Shown: positions 55,033-63,465, counted from the first letter of the stretch. The stretch: DNA of 64,000 nucleotides from Actinomycetota bacterium (GCA_040004125.1 JBDUBL010000002.1:5338-69337), one strand, 5' to 3'. The notes: generated by a model not told the origin, from the letters alone. Numbers and translations are program-made.

Positions 55033-55892
55033 CGGGGACGCTTCCCGACGATCACGCGCGTGATGGGGATCGGGCCCCCTTTGGTCGACTCCACGTCCCG
55101 GAACCCCCCGGCGGCCATGACCTTTCGCACGTCGCGCGCCCGATCCGGGTCGGTCTCCATCAGGAGCCAACCGCTCTTCACGAGCCAGTCGGGCGACTCC
55201 TCGACCGTTCGGCGCACCAACCCGAGTCCATCGTCGCTCTGATCGGTCAGTGTGTGCGCCGGTTCCCAATCCTTGATCTCATCGGGCAGCTCGTCCAATT
55301 CGTCCTTGGCCACATAGGGCGGGTGGATCGTGATCACGTCGACCTTGCCTCGCAGCCGCGAGGGCACGGGGGCGAACAGATCGCCGGCGCCGAACTTCGC
55401 GTGCAGTTTGAAGTGCCGGGCGTTTCGACGAGCCAGCTTGACCCCTTCGTCAGACAACTCTGCCCCGAACACCTCGGCCTCGGGCACCTCGTTGGCCACA
55501 GCCAGCGCGATCGTGCCCATCCCGCTGGCAAGGTCGACGTGCACCGGCCGTTTGCGCCTGCGCAACCGGCGCACGGCCTGCTCAGCGAGCCACTCCGAGG
55601 AGTCGCGAGGCACGAACACGCCCGGCTCGACGATGAGGTCGAGACCACGGAACTCCGTCACGCCCGTGATGTGAGCGACCGGCTCACCGGTGTATCGCCG
55701 TTCGATCCACTCCTCGAAACGGCGCTGCTTCTTCTTCGAGATCTGTTCGGTGGGCTCGGGCTCGTAGCCGTCGTTGATCGCTATCAGGAGGATCTCGGCT
55801 TCGATCTTCTCGCGACCGGCCTGCCAGTGGTCGATCGCCGGCGAATCCTTCAATCGCGCCGTGCCTGCCTTCAAGAGCGTTCGCGCCTTCAT
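55029..55892 (-). CDS. HemK/PrmC-like class I methyltransferase with HPPY in place of NPPY
   Basis: SAM motif VDLASGMGTIALA. Substrate motif ITIHPPYV. C-terminal layout as in HemK (GWLLMETD...GFRDVE). Confidence 0.7.
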   Translation of the reverse strand: MKARTLLKAGTARLKDSPAIDHWQAGREKIEAEILLIAINDGYEPEPTEQISKKKQRRFEEWIERRYTGEPVAHITGVTEFRGLDLIVEPGVFVPRDSSEWLAEQAVRRLRRRKRPVHVDLASGMGTIALAVANEVPEAEVFGAELSDEGVKLARRNARHFKLHAKFGAGDLFAPVPSRLRGKVDVITIHPPYVAKDELDELPDEIKDWEPAHTLTDQSDDGLGLVRRTVEESPDWLVKSGWLLMETDPDRARDVRKVMAAGGFRDVESTKGGPIPITRVIVGKRPR

Positions 55893-55934
55893 GGACCGCA
55901 CATGCTAGCGGGTCGCGCTCGGTACACTCGGCCC

Positions 55935-56357
55935 ATGCCACGCGCCACCGACACCAAGGACGGCGCCACCTCGTCGAAGACCAAGACGACGGCCGCGAAA
56001 CCGCGGAAACCTCGCAACGCCACGGCGTCGGCCGACCCCGCCCTGCGGCTCACCGGCGACCGCCTCGTGGTGCGCGTGCCGGGCAACGGCGAGCGCAAGA
56101 GTGCGGGTGGGCTCCTGATCCCGGCCACGGCGATGCCCGCCCCCAAGCGACTGTCCTGGGGCGACGTCACGTTGATCGGGCCCGACGTGCGCGTCGCCAA
56201 GCAAGGAGACCGGGTGCTGTTCCTGCCCTCCGCGGGCCTGGAGGTCGAGCTCGAGGGCGAGGACCTGGTCCTGCTCCGTGAGCGCGACGTCCAGGCGGTT
56301 GCCGAGACCCCCGCCGCGTCCACGGCGAAGGACCGCGCGCCCGGCCAGTACCTCTAG
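55935..56357 (+). CDS. GroES/Cpn10-fold protein with Lys/Thr-rich N-terminal extension
   Basis: GDRLVVRV...ERKSAGGLLIPATA (mobile-loop-like)...GDRVLF...LLRERDVQAV. No groEL nearby. Confidence 0.65.
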   Translation: MPRATDTKDGATSSKTKTTAAKPRKPRNATASADPALRLTGDRLVVRVPGNGERKSAGGLLIPATAMPAPKRLSWGDVTLIGPDVRVAKQGDRVLFLPSAGLEVELEGEDLVLLRERDVQAVAETPAASTAKDRAPGQYL

Positions 56358-56758
56358 GCAGGCACGAAGCTCAGACGAACCGTGCGCTCGTTGTTCTCCC
56401 GGTTCGGGTCCACGAGCACGATCGACTGCCACGTGCCGAGCGCGATCTCGCCGTCCAACACCGGCACGATCAGCGATGGCGAGACGAACGCCGGCATGAT
56501 GTGATCCCCGCCGTGACCAACGCTCCCGTGACGATGCGCATAGCGATCCTCCCGGGGGAAGGTCCGCTCGAGCAGCTCGTCCAGGTCCTGCTCGGAACCG
56601 GCGCCGATTTCGATCATAGCGACGCCGGCCGTCGCGTGCGGAACGAATACGTGCAGGAGCCCGTCGCCGCCGACGTCGCGGACGAACGCACGCGCCTCGA
56701 ACGTGAGATCCACCGTTCGCCGCCCGCGCGTGTCGGCAGTCAACGTGGCCGAACGCAT
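56354..56758 (-). CDS. YjbQ/UPF0047-family protein
   Basis: HATAGV, GDHIMPAF, and LGTWQSIVLVD family motifs. Confidence 0.75.
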   Translation of the reverse strand: MRSATLTADTRGRRTVDLTFEARAFVRDVGGDGLLHVFVPHATAGVAMIEIGAGSEQDLDELLERTFPREDRYAHRHGSVGHGGDHIMPAFVSPSLIVPVLDGEIALGTWQSIVLVDPNRENNERTVRLSFVPA

Positions 56759-56761
56759 CGT

Positions 56762-57808
56762 TCAGCCGGCGGAGGTGGCGAACGTCGGCTCGGCGAGCAC
56801 CTCGGTGTGCTCATCCTCGACGAACGCGTCGAAGCCGAGCTGCCACGTCCTTGCCGGCCAAACGTACCGCGCGACCCGCTCGGTCGCGCGGTACACGGCC
56901 GTGTACAGGGTGCCGAACCCGTGGGCATACGATGTCGAGAACAACGGGGCTCGCAGGAAACTCTCCACGAAGGTATCGGCGTCGATCGTCGCATCGTCCA
57001 GCAGCCGGACGATCGTCTGCTCGCGCTCGATCGTGCGGGTCGCGCGCGCCTGCTCGGGCCACTCCACGATCCCCTGATGGTTCGTCGCCGCCGGGAAGGC
57101 GCGGAAGATCGGCTCCCGGTCGGGCGACAAGTAGGCGGTCAGCACGGCTCCCGTCCCGTCTACCAGCGTGAGGTTGTGACTCAGCGAGTACGGCAGCCGC
57201 GTCAGGACGGCGCGTGCTTCGTCGATCGTGCTGCAGGTCTCCAACAGGTAGCGCAGCACGATCGGGATGCCGAACCCGTCGCCGAGCACGCGACGCCCAC
57301 CGAAGGTCAACGAGACCGCGAGCCCGTCGTCGTTCATGCCGTCGAGCAGCCCCCACAGACAGTCGGTCATGCCGAGCACGCGCTTGTCGAGCAGCCGCGT
57401 CGACCAGATCAGCCCCTCGAATCGCGACGGCGCGTAGTCGTAGTTGCGCACCAGCATCGGCGTGGCGTCACGCGTCCAGACACCCTGGGAGCAGGCCGCA
57501 AGGTACGGCGGTGGCTTGTAGAGCGAGAGCATCCTGGCCGCCAGGTCGCCTCCACCCGCTAGCTCGACGACCCGCTCGTAGGCGGGCATCAGCTCCGGCA
57601 TGTGCGCGCGGAGCATGCGGACACTTGTCGCGTAGGAAGACCGCGCCGCCTCGCCTTCACGCAGGAACCACGTCTTGTAGTGGGGCCATTTCTCCTCGAA
57701 GACGGCCTGCCATTTCGGGCCGGCCTCGAGTTCCTCGACGGCACGGAACGTGAACGGGATCATCCGCATCGCGAGATGTTCCCAGGTCGGCGGTGCCGAA
57801 GCCACCAC
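56762..57808 (-). CDS. C45-family (acyl-CoA:6-APA acyltransferase-like) Ntn-hydrolase-type protein
   Basis: Overall resemblance to the C45/AAT family, with a candidate nucleophile Cys in LAACSQGVW. The start is GTG 57808 or ATG 57769. Confidence 0.55.
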   Translation of the reverse strand: MVASAPPTWEHLAMRMIPFTFRAVEELEAGPKWQAVFEEKWPHYKTWFLREGEAARSSYATSVRMLRAHMPELMPAYERVVELAGGGDLAARMLSLYKPPPYLAACSQGVWTRDATPMLVRNYDYAPSRFEGLIWSTRLLDKRVLGMTDCLWGLLDGMNDDGLAVSLTFGGRRVLGDGFGIPIVLRYLLETCSTIDEARAVLTRLPYSLSHNLTLVDGTGAVLTAYLSPDREPIFRAFPAATNHQGIVEWPEQARATRTIEREQTIVRLLDDATIDADTFVESFLRAPLFSTSYAHGFGTLYTAVYRATERVARYVWPARTWQLGFDAFVEDEHTEVLAEPTFATSAG

Positions 57809-57814
57809 CGTGCG

Positions 57815-59425
57815 TCAGAGCATCTTGAAGCCGAAGGGCTCTGGCTTGACCGTCGGCGGCTCGTCGGCGCCCGGCGGAACGCTTGCGAACTCCCCTTTGA
57901 TGCCCGTGATCCAGCCTCGCGCCCGGTCGAGCAACCGGTGCTCTTCGTCCATGAATCGCCCGCGTGTCACCATGATGCCGAGATCGGCACCCGGGTAACG
58001 GTACTGACCGACCCCGGCGATCCGCAGATAGAACGCCTCACTCTCGTCGGCCACGGTGTGCCAGTCGGTATCGCGACGCGCGAACCCGATGTCGCCGTCG
58101 CCCATCCGCCAGATCCCCGAGCGTGGCGCCTCGGTGATCAACTCGGTCACGTCCTCCGTCTGCTTCAAGATGAACTGGGTCCATTCATCGAGGTTGTGCG
58201 TCTGTGCCCACCGCTCGTTGAGCTCCTGCACGTCGAACTCGAAGTCGACGTCCATGAACTCCAGTAAGTGGAACAGGAATAGCGGCATGTCCCCGTAGGC
58301 GACGGCGGTGACGTTCGTGATGCTGCTCGCGCCAGTGACGCGGGGGTTGAGCTCGCCGAGCCACATCTCTCCGGTGTCGGCGTCGAGCAAGAAGTCCAAC
58401 TCGAAGTACCCGCGGTAGCCCTCTTGGCGCAGACGCTCGCCCATCGCGATCGTGCGCTCGCGCGCGGTGCGCCGCTGTTTCTCGGTGAGCAGCTCCGGCG
58501 AGACATCGTTGCCGCACCAGCCACCGTCGTACGGGGTTAGCTCCGGGAACCCCGTGAGCTCGGCCATCAGCGGACCCACCAACGTGCCGTGACGGGTGAT
58601 CACGCCCTCGATCGCGAGCTCGCGAGGCTCGATACGTTTCATCACCTTGATCCGATCGCCGACGATCTTCTTCTCGTGCTCCTTCCAGCCCCTTCGATCG
58701 GCGATGAAGAAGGTGGTCTGGCCGGAGTCGCCGTACGGCGTCTGCACGACCAAGTCGCTGCCGAGCCCCGCGTCGGCCGCCAACTGCAGCAGCGCCTCGT
58801 AGTCGGTACCGCGGCCCATGACGTTCGGCACACTCGGCACCCCGGCCTCGTTGCCGAGCCGGGTGGTCTCGATCTTGGAATCCATGCGATGGCGCAGCGA
58901 GGCTTTGGGGAACACGACGTCGAGCCCAAGCTCTGCGGCCAGTTCCTCGGTCTCCTCGTCGAACATCAGGAAGGCCGCCTTGCCTGATCCGCCGTTGGCG
59001 GCGATCAGGTCGCCAACCTCCTTGTGCCCCAGCAGGTAGTTGACGATCTCCTCGATCGACTCGAAGGCGCGAGGCGTCTGCTCCTTCGGCACGACGACGT
59101 TCGGATGGGTGCCGTCGAACGAGTCGTAGTAGTTCACGAACCGGAAGTTCCGCACCCAGCGGTCGATCCCGAGCAGATTGAACGCGGTCGCACTGACGAA
59201 ATAGATCGGGGTCTCGTTCGTCCGAAAGAAATTCCGGATCTCCGGGATGCCAGTCAGCGGCTTGGTCGTGATCAGCAAGCCGGGCGCGCCGATCGGCAGG
59301 GTCGGCGTCGCGACCGGCGCCGGGGCCTCTCGCGACAGGTGGTCACGACGATCGGTCCACGCAACCAGCTCGCGGGCGGCGAAGACGAGCACCACCGCGC
59401 CGAGCGCCCACAGCACGGCGGTCAT
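57815..59425 (-). CDS. ATP-grasp ligase with pre-ATP-grasp domain and N-terminal TM helix (peptide-ligase PGM1-like by recollection)
   Basis: ATP-grasp Mg/ATP motif FELDFLLD...GELNPRVTG. N-terminal MTAVLWALGAVVLVFAA. ATG 59425 sits in an ATGA overlap with the M20 gene. The track extension to 60307 is junk. Confidence 0.7.
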   Translation of the reverse strand: MTAVLWALGAVVLVFAARELVAWTDRRDHLSREAPAPVATPTLPIGAPGLLITTKPLTGIPEIRNFFRTNETPIYFVSATAFNLLGIDRWVRNFRFVNYYDSFDGTHPNVVVPKEQTPRAFESIEEIVNYLLGHKEVGDLIAANGGSGKAAFLMFDEETEELAAELGLDVVFPKASLRHRMDSKIETTRLGNEAGVPSVPNVMGRGTDYEALLQLAADAGLGSDLVVQTPYGDSGQTTFFIADRRGWKEHEKKIVGDRIKVMKRIEPRELAIEGVITRHGTLVGPLMAELTGFPELTPYDGGWCGNDVSPELLTEKQRRTARERTIAMGERLRQEGYRGYFELDFLLDADTGEMWLGELNPRVTGASSITNVTAVAYGDMPLFLFHLLEFMDVDFEFDVQELNERWAQTHNLDEWTQFILKQTEDVTELITEAPRSGIWRMGDGDIGFARRDTDWHTVADESEAFYLRIAGVGQYRYPGADLGIMVTRGRFMDEEHRLLDRARGWITGIKGEFASVPPGADEPPTVKPEPFGFKML

Positions 59426-60717
59426 GACAAGCCGCACCAGTCCCGGATGAACAGCCCCATCACCTGTGCGGTCTGGACCACGCTCGGAAGGTACACCCGT
59501 TCGCCTACGCCGTGCGCGGCCTCGGCATACGGCCCGAAACACACAGACGGGATCCCACCGACGTGCCCGAAGACGCGCGCGTCGGTGGTGCCGGTCGTTG
59601 CCACCAAGGCGGGCGAGGCCCCCATGTGCCGGGCATAGGCAGCCGACAGCGAGTCCACGAGCAAGTGGTCCTGCGCGAGCTCGTACCCTTCCGCGGCGAA
59701 CCCTCGGTACACGACCTGCGGCGGTCGAGGGAACGCCGCAGCGTTCGCCGCAGCCGCATCGGCCACGACCCGCTCGACGCGCCGCCGAAGTTCCTGTAAC
59801 GACATGCCCGGGTAGGCAGCGAACCGGTAACCCGTGACGCATTCCCCGGGCACGGTGGAGTTCCAGTCTCCGGCGTGGATCTGCCCGACGTTGAGCGAGA
59901 TCGGGTGCGGGTATGCGTCGTAGGGCGGCGGCGGCGAGGCGTTGAGCTCCGCTTCCAGCACGCGCAGCGCACCGATCATCGTCAGGCTCGCCTCGATCGC
60001 GTTGATCGCGTTGCCCGCCTCGGCGGCGTGGCCGGGCAACCCCTCGATCACGACGTCGAACCACAACACGCCGACCTGCGACGTCGTGATCGCCGCTCCG
60101 AAGGGCTCGGCGATGATCGCGGCGTCGGCCCGGTACCCGGCGAGCAGCGTCTGCAGCGAGCCGTTCCCGGTGCACTCTTCCTCGACGACCGACTGGAGGA
60201 ACACCGGCGCATGGGGCGACAGACCGAGCTCGCGGAGACCTTTCACCGCACCCAGGATCGCGGCGAGCCCGCACTTCATGTCCGCCGCGCCGCGTCCGTA
60301 CAACCAATCGGCCTCGACGTGTGCCGTGAATGGATCACGTTCCCACTGCCCGAGGGGCTCCGGGCTGACGACGTCGATGTGACCGTTCAGGATCAAGCTG
60401 AGCCCGCCGTCGCGGCGCTCGGGAGCCCAGGCGGCGACGAGGTTGTTCTTGCCGCTCACGTGCCAGTCAAAGGGTGAGGCCGCTGGGTGGGCACGCAGTG
60501 CCTCGGGATCCATCGCCACATCGACGGGCTCGAGCCCCAGCTCCCGCAGCGCCTCGCGCATCACGCCCTGACCGGCTTCCTCGTTCCCAAGCGTCGTATC
60601 GCGGTCCACGAGACGGGCGAGCACCTCGGTCATCCAATCGGCACCGGCGGCGATCGCCTCGGCGATCTCGGTGTCCTCAGGAGCCATCTCGGCTGCCTCG
60701 AAGTCGGGCCCCGGCAT
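59422..60717 (-). CDS. M20-family deacylase/peptidase (ArgE/DapE-like)
   Basis: Metal ligands NGHIDVV, GRGAADMKCG and VVEEECTGNG. C-terminal GTTDARVF. The start is ATG 60717 or 60687. Confidence 0.8.
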   Translation of the reverse strand: MPGPDFEAAEMAPEDTEIAEAIAAGADWMTEVLARLVDRDTTLGNEEAGQGVMREALRELGLEPVDVAMDPEALRAHPAASPFDWHVSGKNNLVAAWAPERRDGGLSLILNGHIDVVSPEPLGQWERDPFTAHVEADWLYGRGAADMKCGLAAILGAVKGLRELGLSPHAPVFLQSVVEEECTGNGSLQTLLAGYRADAAIIAEPFGAAITTSQVGVLWFDVVIEGLPGHAAEAGNAINAIEASLTMIGALRVLEAELNASPPPPYDAYPHPISLNVGQIHAGDWNSTVPGECVTGYRFAAYPGMSLQELRRRVERVVADAAAANAAAFPRPPQVVYRGFAAEGYELAQDHLLVDSLSAAYARHMGASPALVATTGTTDARVFGHVGGIPSVCFGPYAEAAHGVGERVYLPSVVQTAQVMGLFIRDWCGLS

Positions 60718-60891
60718 CGGGAGACCCGCGTACGCCAGTTCCGGTGGCCCGGGGCCGGCCGAGAGCTGACTCCCCGCGTACGCCGCCGGGGCCACGTCTT
60801 CAGGAAGCGGTTCCAAGGTCGTGAAGCGTACCAACCGAACGTGACGCCACGTGGGACTGGACGTATGGATGTAATGATGTAATCTTCTCGC

Positions 60892-61416
60892 ATGAATGAA
60901 AACAGCGATTTCCAGGAACATCTTGTCGGTTGGTTCGCAGGACGCCTCCCCAACGATTGGTTCACGGCGGCGCCGGACGTGCGATTCGATCGAGACGAGA
61001 TCCTGGTGGTGGGATCGCTCGACGAACCCGACCTGCCAGGGGATGCCGGCCCCGAAACCCGCAAGGCGGCCCTCTCGGCCCGGATCCAGGGGTTCCGCGA
61101 GGACACGCGTGGACAGCGGATGCGGGTCGCCGATGAGGCGGAGCGCCGATTCGGGCGCAAGGTCAGTTGGGGCGCAACGTGTGGTGACCATCGTGTCTTG
61201 TTCACCGCGGTCGCGACGCCGGCCATGACCCGCCTGCGGATGCCCGAGCGCACCGTGCTCGACACGCTCGTCGACGCAGGGGTCGCCCGCTCTCGCAGTC
61301 ACGCCTTAGCCTGGTGTGTGCGTCTGGTCTCGGAGAAGCAGGAGGAGTGGCTGGCTGACCTCCGACAGGCACTCGAAAGCGTCGAGGCCGTCCGCCGGGA
61401 GGGGCCGACGACCTAA
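60892..61416 (+). CDS. Hypothetical protein
   Basis: 174-aa frame with an AT-richer 5' end. No family recognised. The C-terminal part is helical and charged. Confidence 0.5.
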   Translation: MNENSDFQEHLVGWFAGRLPNDWFTAAPDVRFDRDEILVVGSLDEPDLPGDAGPETRKAALSARIQGFREDTRGQRMRVADEAERRFGRKVSWGATCGDHRVLFTAVATPAMTRLRMPERTVLDTLVDAGVARSRSHALAWCVRLVSEKQEEWLADLRQALESVEAVRREGPTT

Positions 61417-61634
61417 GGGCGGCCCGAGCGCCGCTCGATCCCTACGACAACGTTCATCGCGAAACGCACCACGACGGGCTCACCGACGACGAGCGCCTCT
61501 GGAACGCTCTCGGTCCCGAGTTGCGCCTGCATGAATGTGTGATCGGGGAAGGCGAGCGCGACCCTCACGTACGGCGATCCATGGACCGCATACGGCTCCA
61601 CCTGCGCCACCACCGCGTCTCGCTCCCCCAGCAC
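61413..61634 (-). CDS. Small hypothetical protein
   Basis: 73 codons with a strong G/C third-position bias. GTG start. Confidence 0.4.
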   Translation of the reverse strand: MLGERDAVVAQVEPYAVHGSPYVRVALAFPDHTFMQAQLGTESVPEALVVGEPVVVRFAMNVVVGIERRSGRP

Positions 61635-61728
61635 ACAACGAGCCTACCGCCTCAAGGTTCTTGGCCCCAGGGCCGACCACCACTACATGCTTCCGGGGGG
61701 ATGCCCGTTGGGTCGTCGTGCGCGCACG

Positions 61729-63021
61729 ATGGCCGTCGCGATCGTCGCATCGCTGGCGGTGTGCATGCCATCTGCCCTGTCGCCCGCACACGCACAGCCC
61801 CGTCAGCACGTCAGCGATGCCGGCGATGCAGGTACCGGTCTGCCGGCGATCCCCGTTGTCTATCCGCGCGTTCGTTCCGTCGTGGATCGGTCCGCGCGCA
61901 GTGCCACCAAGAGCACCACCGTGACGTTCGCCGACCTCGATATGAGCGACACGTGGGCCAAGGAAGGCATCGTCTGGGTCGCCAAGACGAACAGCTGGAT
62001 GCTGGACTTCGCACCCAAAGCCGACGGCACCTACAACTTCCGACCCAGCGCGATCGAGACCCGCAAGTACTTCGCGCGCTCGGTCGTGCACGCCTTTGCA
62101 CCCGATGAAGCCCCCGATCCGTCGATCGTGTTCAACGACCTCGACGCGTCGGTCGCCTGGTATCGCTACGCGGCGGTCGCCGTCGCCCACGGCTGGCTCA
62201 CGGCACGAGGCGGAGCCTTCGACCCCGATGGTCACGTCACTATGGCGATGGTGCACCGCGCGCTCGCGCTGGCGCTCGGGCTCGGTCCGGCGGCCAAGGC
62301 ACTCAACGCCATCCACACACGCGACGGTGTGACGTTCAAGACGTCCCCCAACTTCGGCACGAACGTGCTCGGCATGCGGCTCGGGCTCCGGTACAACGCC
62401 CCGACGGGATCAGAATCCCACGACGTGGCTCCCGGCGACGAGATGCCCCGCGCCCAGGTCGCCTACTCCTTGTGGCGCGCCACCACGCAGCCCTCATGGA
62501 ACGTCCCGGGCCTGCTCGCCCAGTACGCGAACGTCGAGTTGCCACATCTCGGGCCCCGCGCGACCCAGATCGTGCGATGGGGCATCCGCTACGCGGGCTA
62601 CCCCTACGTCTGGGGGGGTGAGTGGGGGTTCGAAACGCAGGAGCCCTCGGCGCTGGGCGGTCAGCCCCGGAGCGGCTTCGACTGCTCCGGCCTGACGTGG
62701 TGGCTGCTGCGCGCCGACGACGGCGGGTACTGGAACGTCAACCCACCCCGGCCCTATCACGGCTGGTCGCTGCCCCAACGGACCTCGGCCGATATGGCGG
62801 CGATGGCGCCCAAGAAGCTGCACTATGCCGACCTGCACCCCGGCGACCCGATGTTCTACGACGGCGATCTCAACGGCACCGTCGACCACGTCGACACCTA
62901 CATAGGCAACGGGTGGGCGCTCGATTCCTCGAGCACGCCGGGTGGCGTCACGATCATGTGGGTCGGCAGCGGTTGGTATCGCGACCACTTCAAGTGGGGT
63001 CGGCGGATCCTGCCGACCTAG
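61729..63021 (+). CDS. Secreted cell-wall hydrolase: SLH-like repeats + C-terminal NlpC/P60 domain
   Basis: Signal peptide MAVAIVASLAVCMPSALSPAHA. Repeats of type F(A/N)DLD..W.......GW......F.P. NlpC/P60 catalytic GFDCSGLTWW ... DHVDTYIGNG. Confidence 0.75.
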   Translation: MAVAIVASLAVCMPSALSPAHAQPRQHVSDAGDAGTGLPAIPVVYPRVRSVVDRSARSATKSTTVTFADLDMSDTWAKEGIVWVAKTNSWMLDFAPKADGTYNFRPSAIETRKYFARSVVHAFAPDEAPDPSIVFNDLDASVAWYRYAAVAVAHGWLTARGGAFDPDGHVTMAMVHRALALALGLGPAAKALNAIHTRDGVTFKTSPNFGTNVLGMRLGLRYNAPTGSESHDVAPGDEMPRAQVAYSLWRATTQPSWNVPGLLAQYANVELPHLGPRATQIVRWGIRYAGYPYVWGGEWGFETQEPSALGGQPRSGFDCSGLTWWLLRADDGGYWNVNPPRPYHGWSLPQRTSADMAAMAPKKLHYADLHPGDPMFYDGDLNGTVDHVDTYIGNGWALDSSSTPGGVTIMWVGSGWYRDHFKWGRRILPT

Positions 63022-63410
63022 GCGCCGTCCACCACGATCGCAGCATCCAACCAAGCGCGTTCCTGCGCCGTCAGCGCACGCGATCGGCGATCGGTGGCAT
63101 CGTGTGCCACGACCACCGACTGGGCCTCGGCCGCGACCCAGCCGGCCCTCGCGACGACCTGCTCGGCCGTTCTGATCGAGGAGGTGCCGTAGCCGGTACC
63201 CCGGCAGGTCACGGTCACCTCCTCGTCGTCGAGGGCAAGCTCCCGCCGGTAGTCGATCGCGATCCGCACGATGACGAAGTTGGTGTCGGGCAGGGTCGTC
63301 TGCACCCAGCGATCGCGCGCCTCCTCCAGGTACGTGAGGTACACGGCGTTGTTGACGTGACCGTAGCTGTCCACGTCGCGCCACCGGATCCGGATGGGGA
63401 GTTGGATCAT
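63018..63410 (-). CDS. Hotdog-fold acyl-CoA thioesterase (4HBT/YbgC-like)
   Basis: IRIRWRDVDSYGHVNNAVYLTY N-terminal motif. Confidence 0.75.
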   Translation of the reverse strand: MIQLPIRIRWRDVDSYGHVNNAVYLTYLEEARDRWVQTTLPDTNFVIVRIAIDYRRELALDDEEVTVTCRGTGYGTSSIRTAEQVVARAGWVAAEAQSVVVAHDATDRRSRALTAQERAWLDAAIVVDGA

Positions 63411-63428
63411 GGCGAGGAGCCTAGATGG

Positions 63429-63465
63429 TCGAAGGCCCCAGCCGCGGGGCGGCCGGGGCCTTCGA
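63429..63465 (-). terminator. 17-bp hairpin after the cNMP-binding gene
   Basis: TCGAAGGCCCC(A)GCCGC GGG GCGGC(C)GGGGCCTTCGA. The single imperfect position is a G-U wobble in the minus-strand RNA but an A-C mismatch in the plus-strand RNA. Confidence 0.5.

Noticed and set aside
60868-60883. Possible CRISPR or other repeat array.
   Set aside because: There are only two tandem copies of an 8-mer. I saw no spacer-repeat periodicity and no cas genes anywhere in the window.
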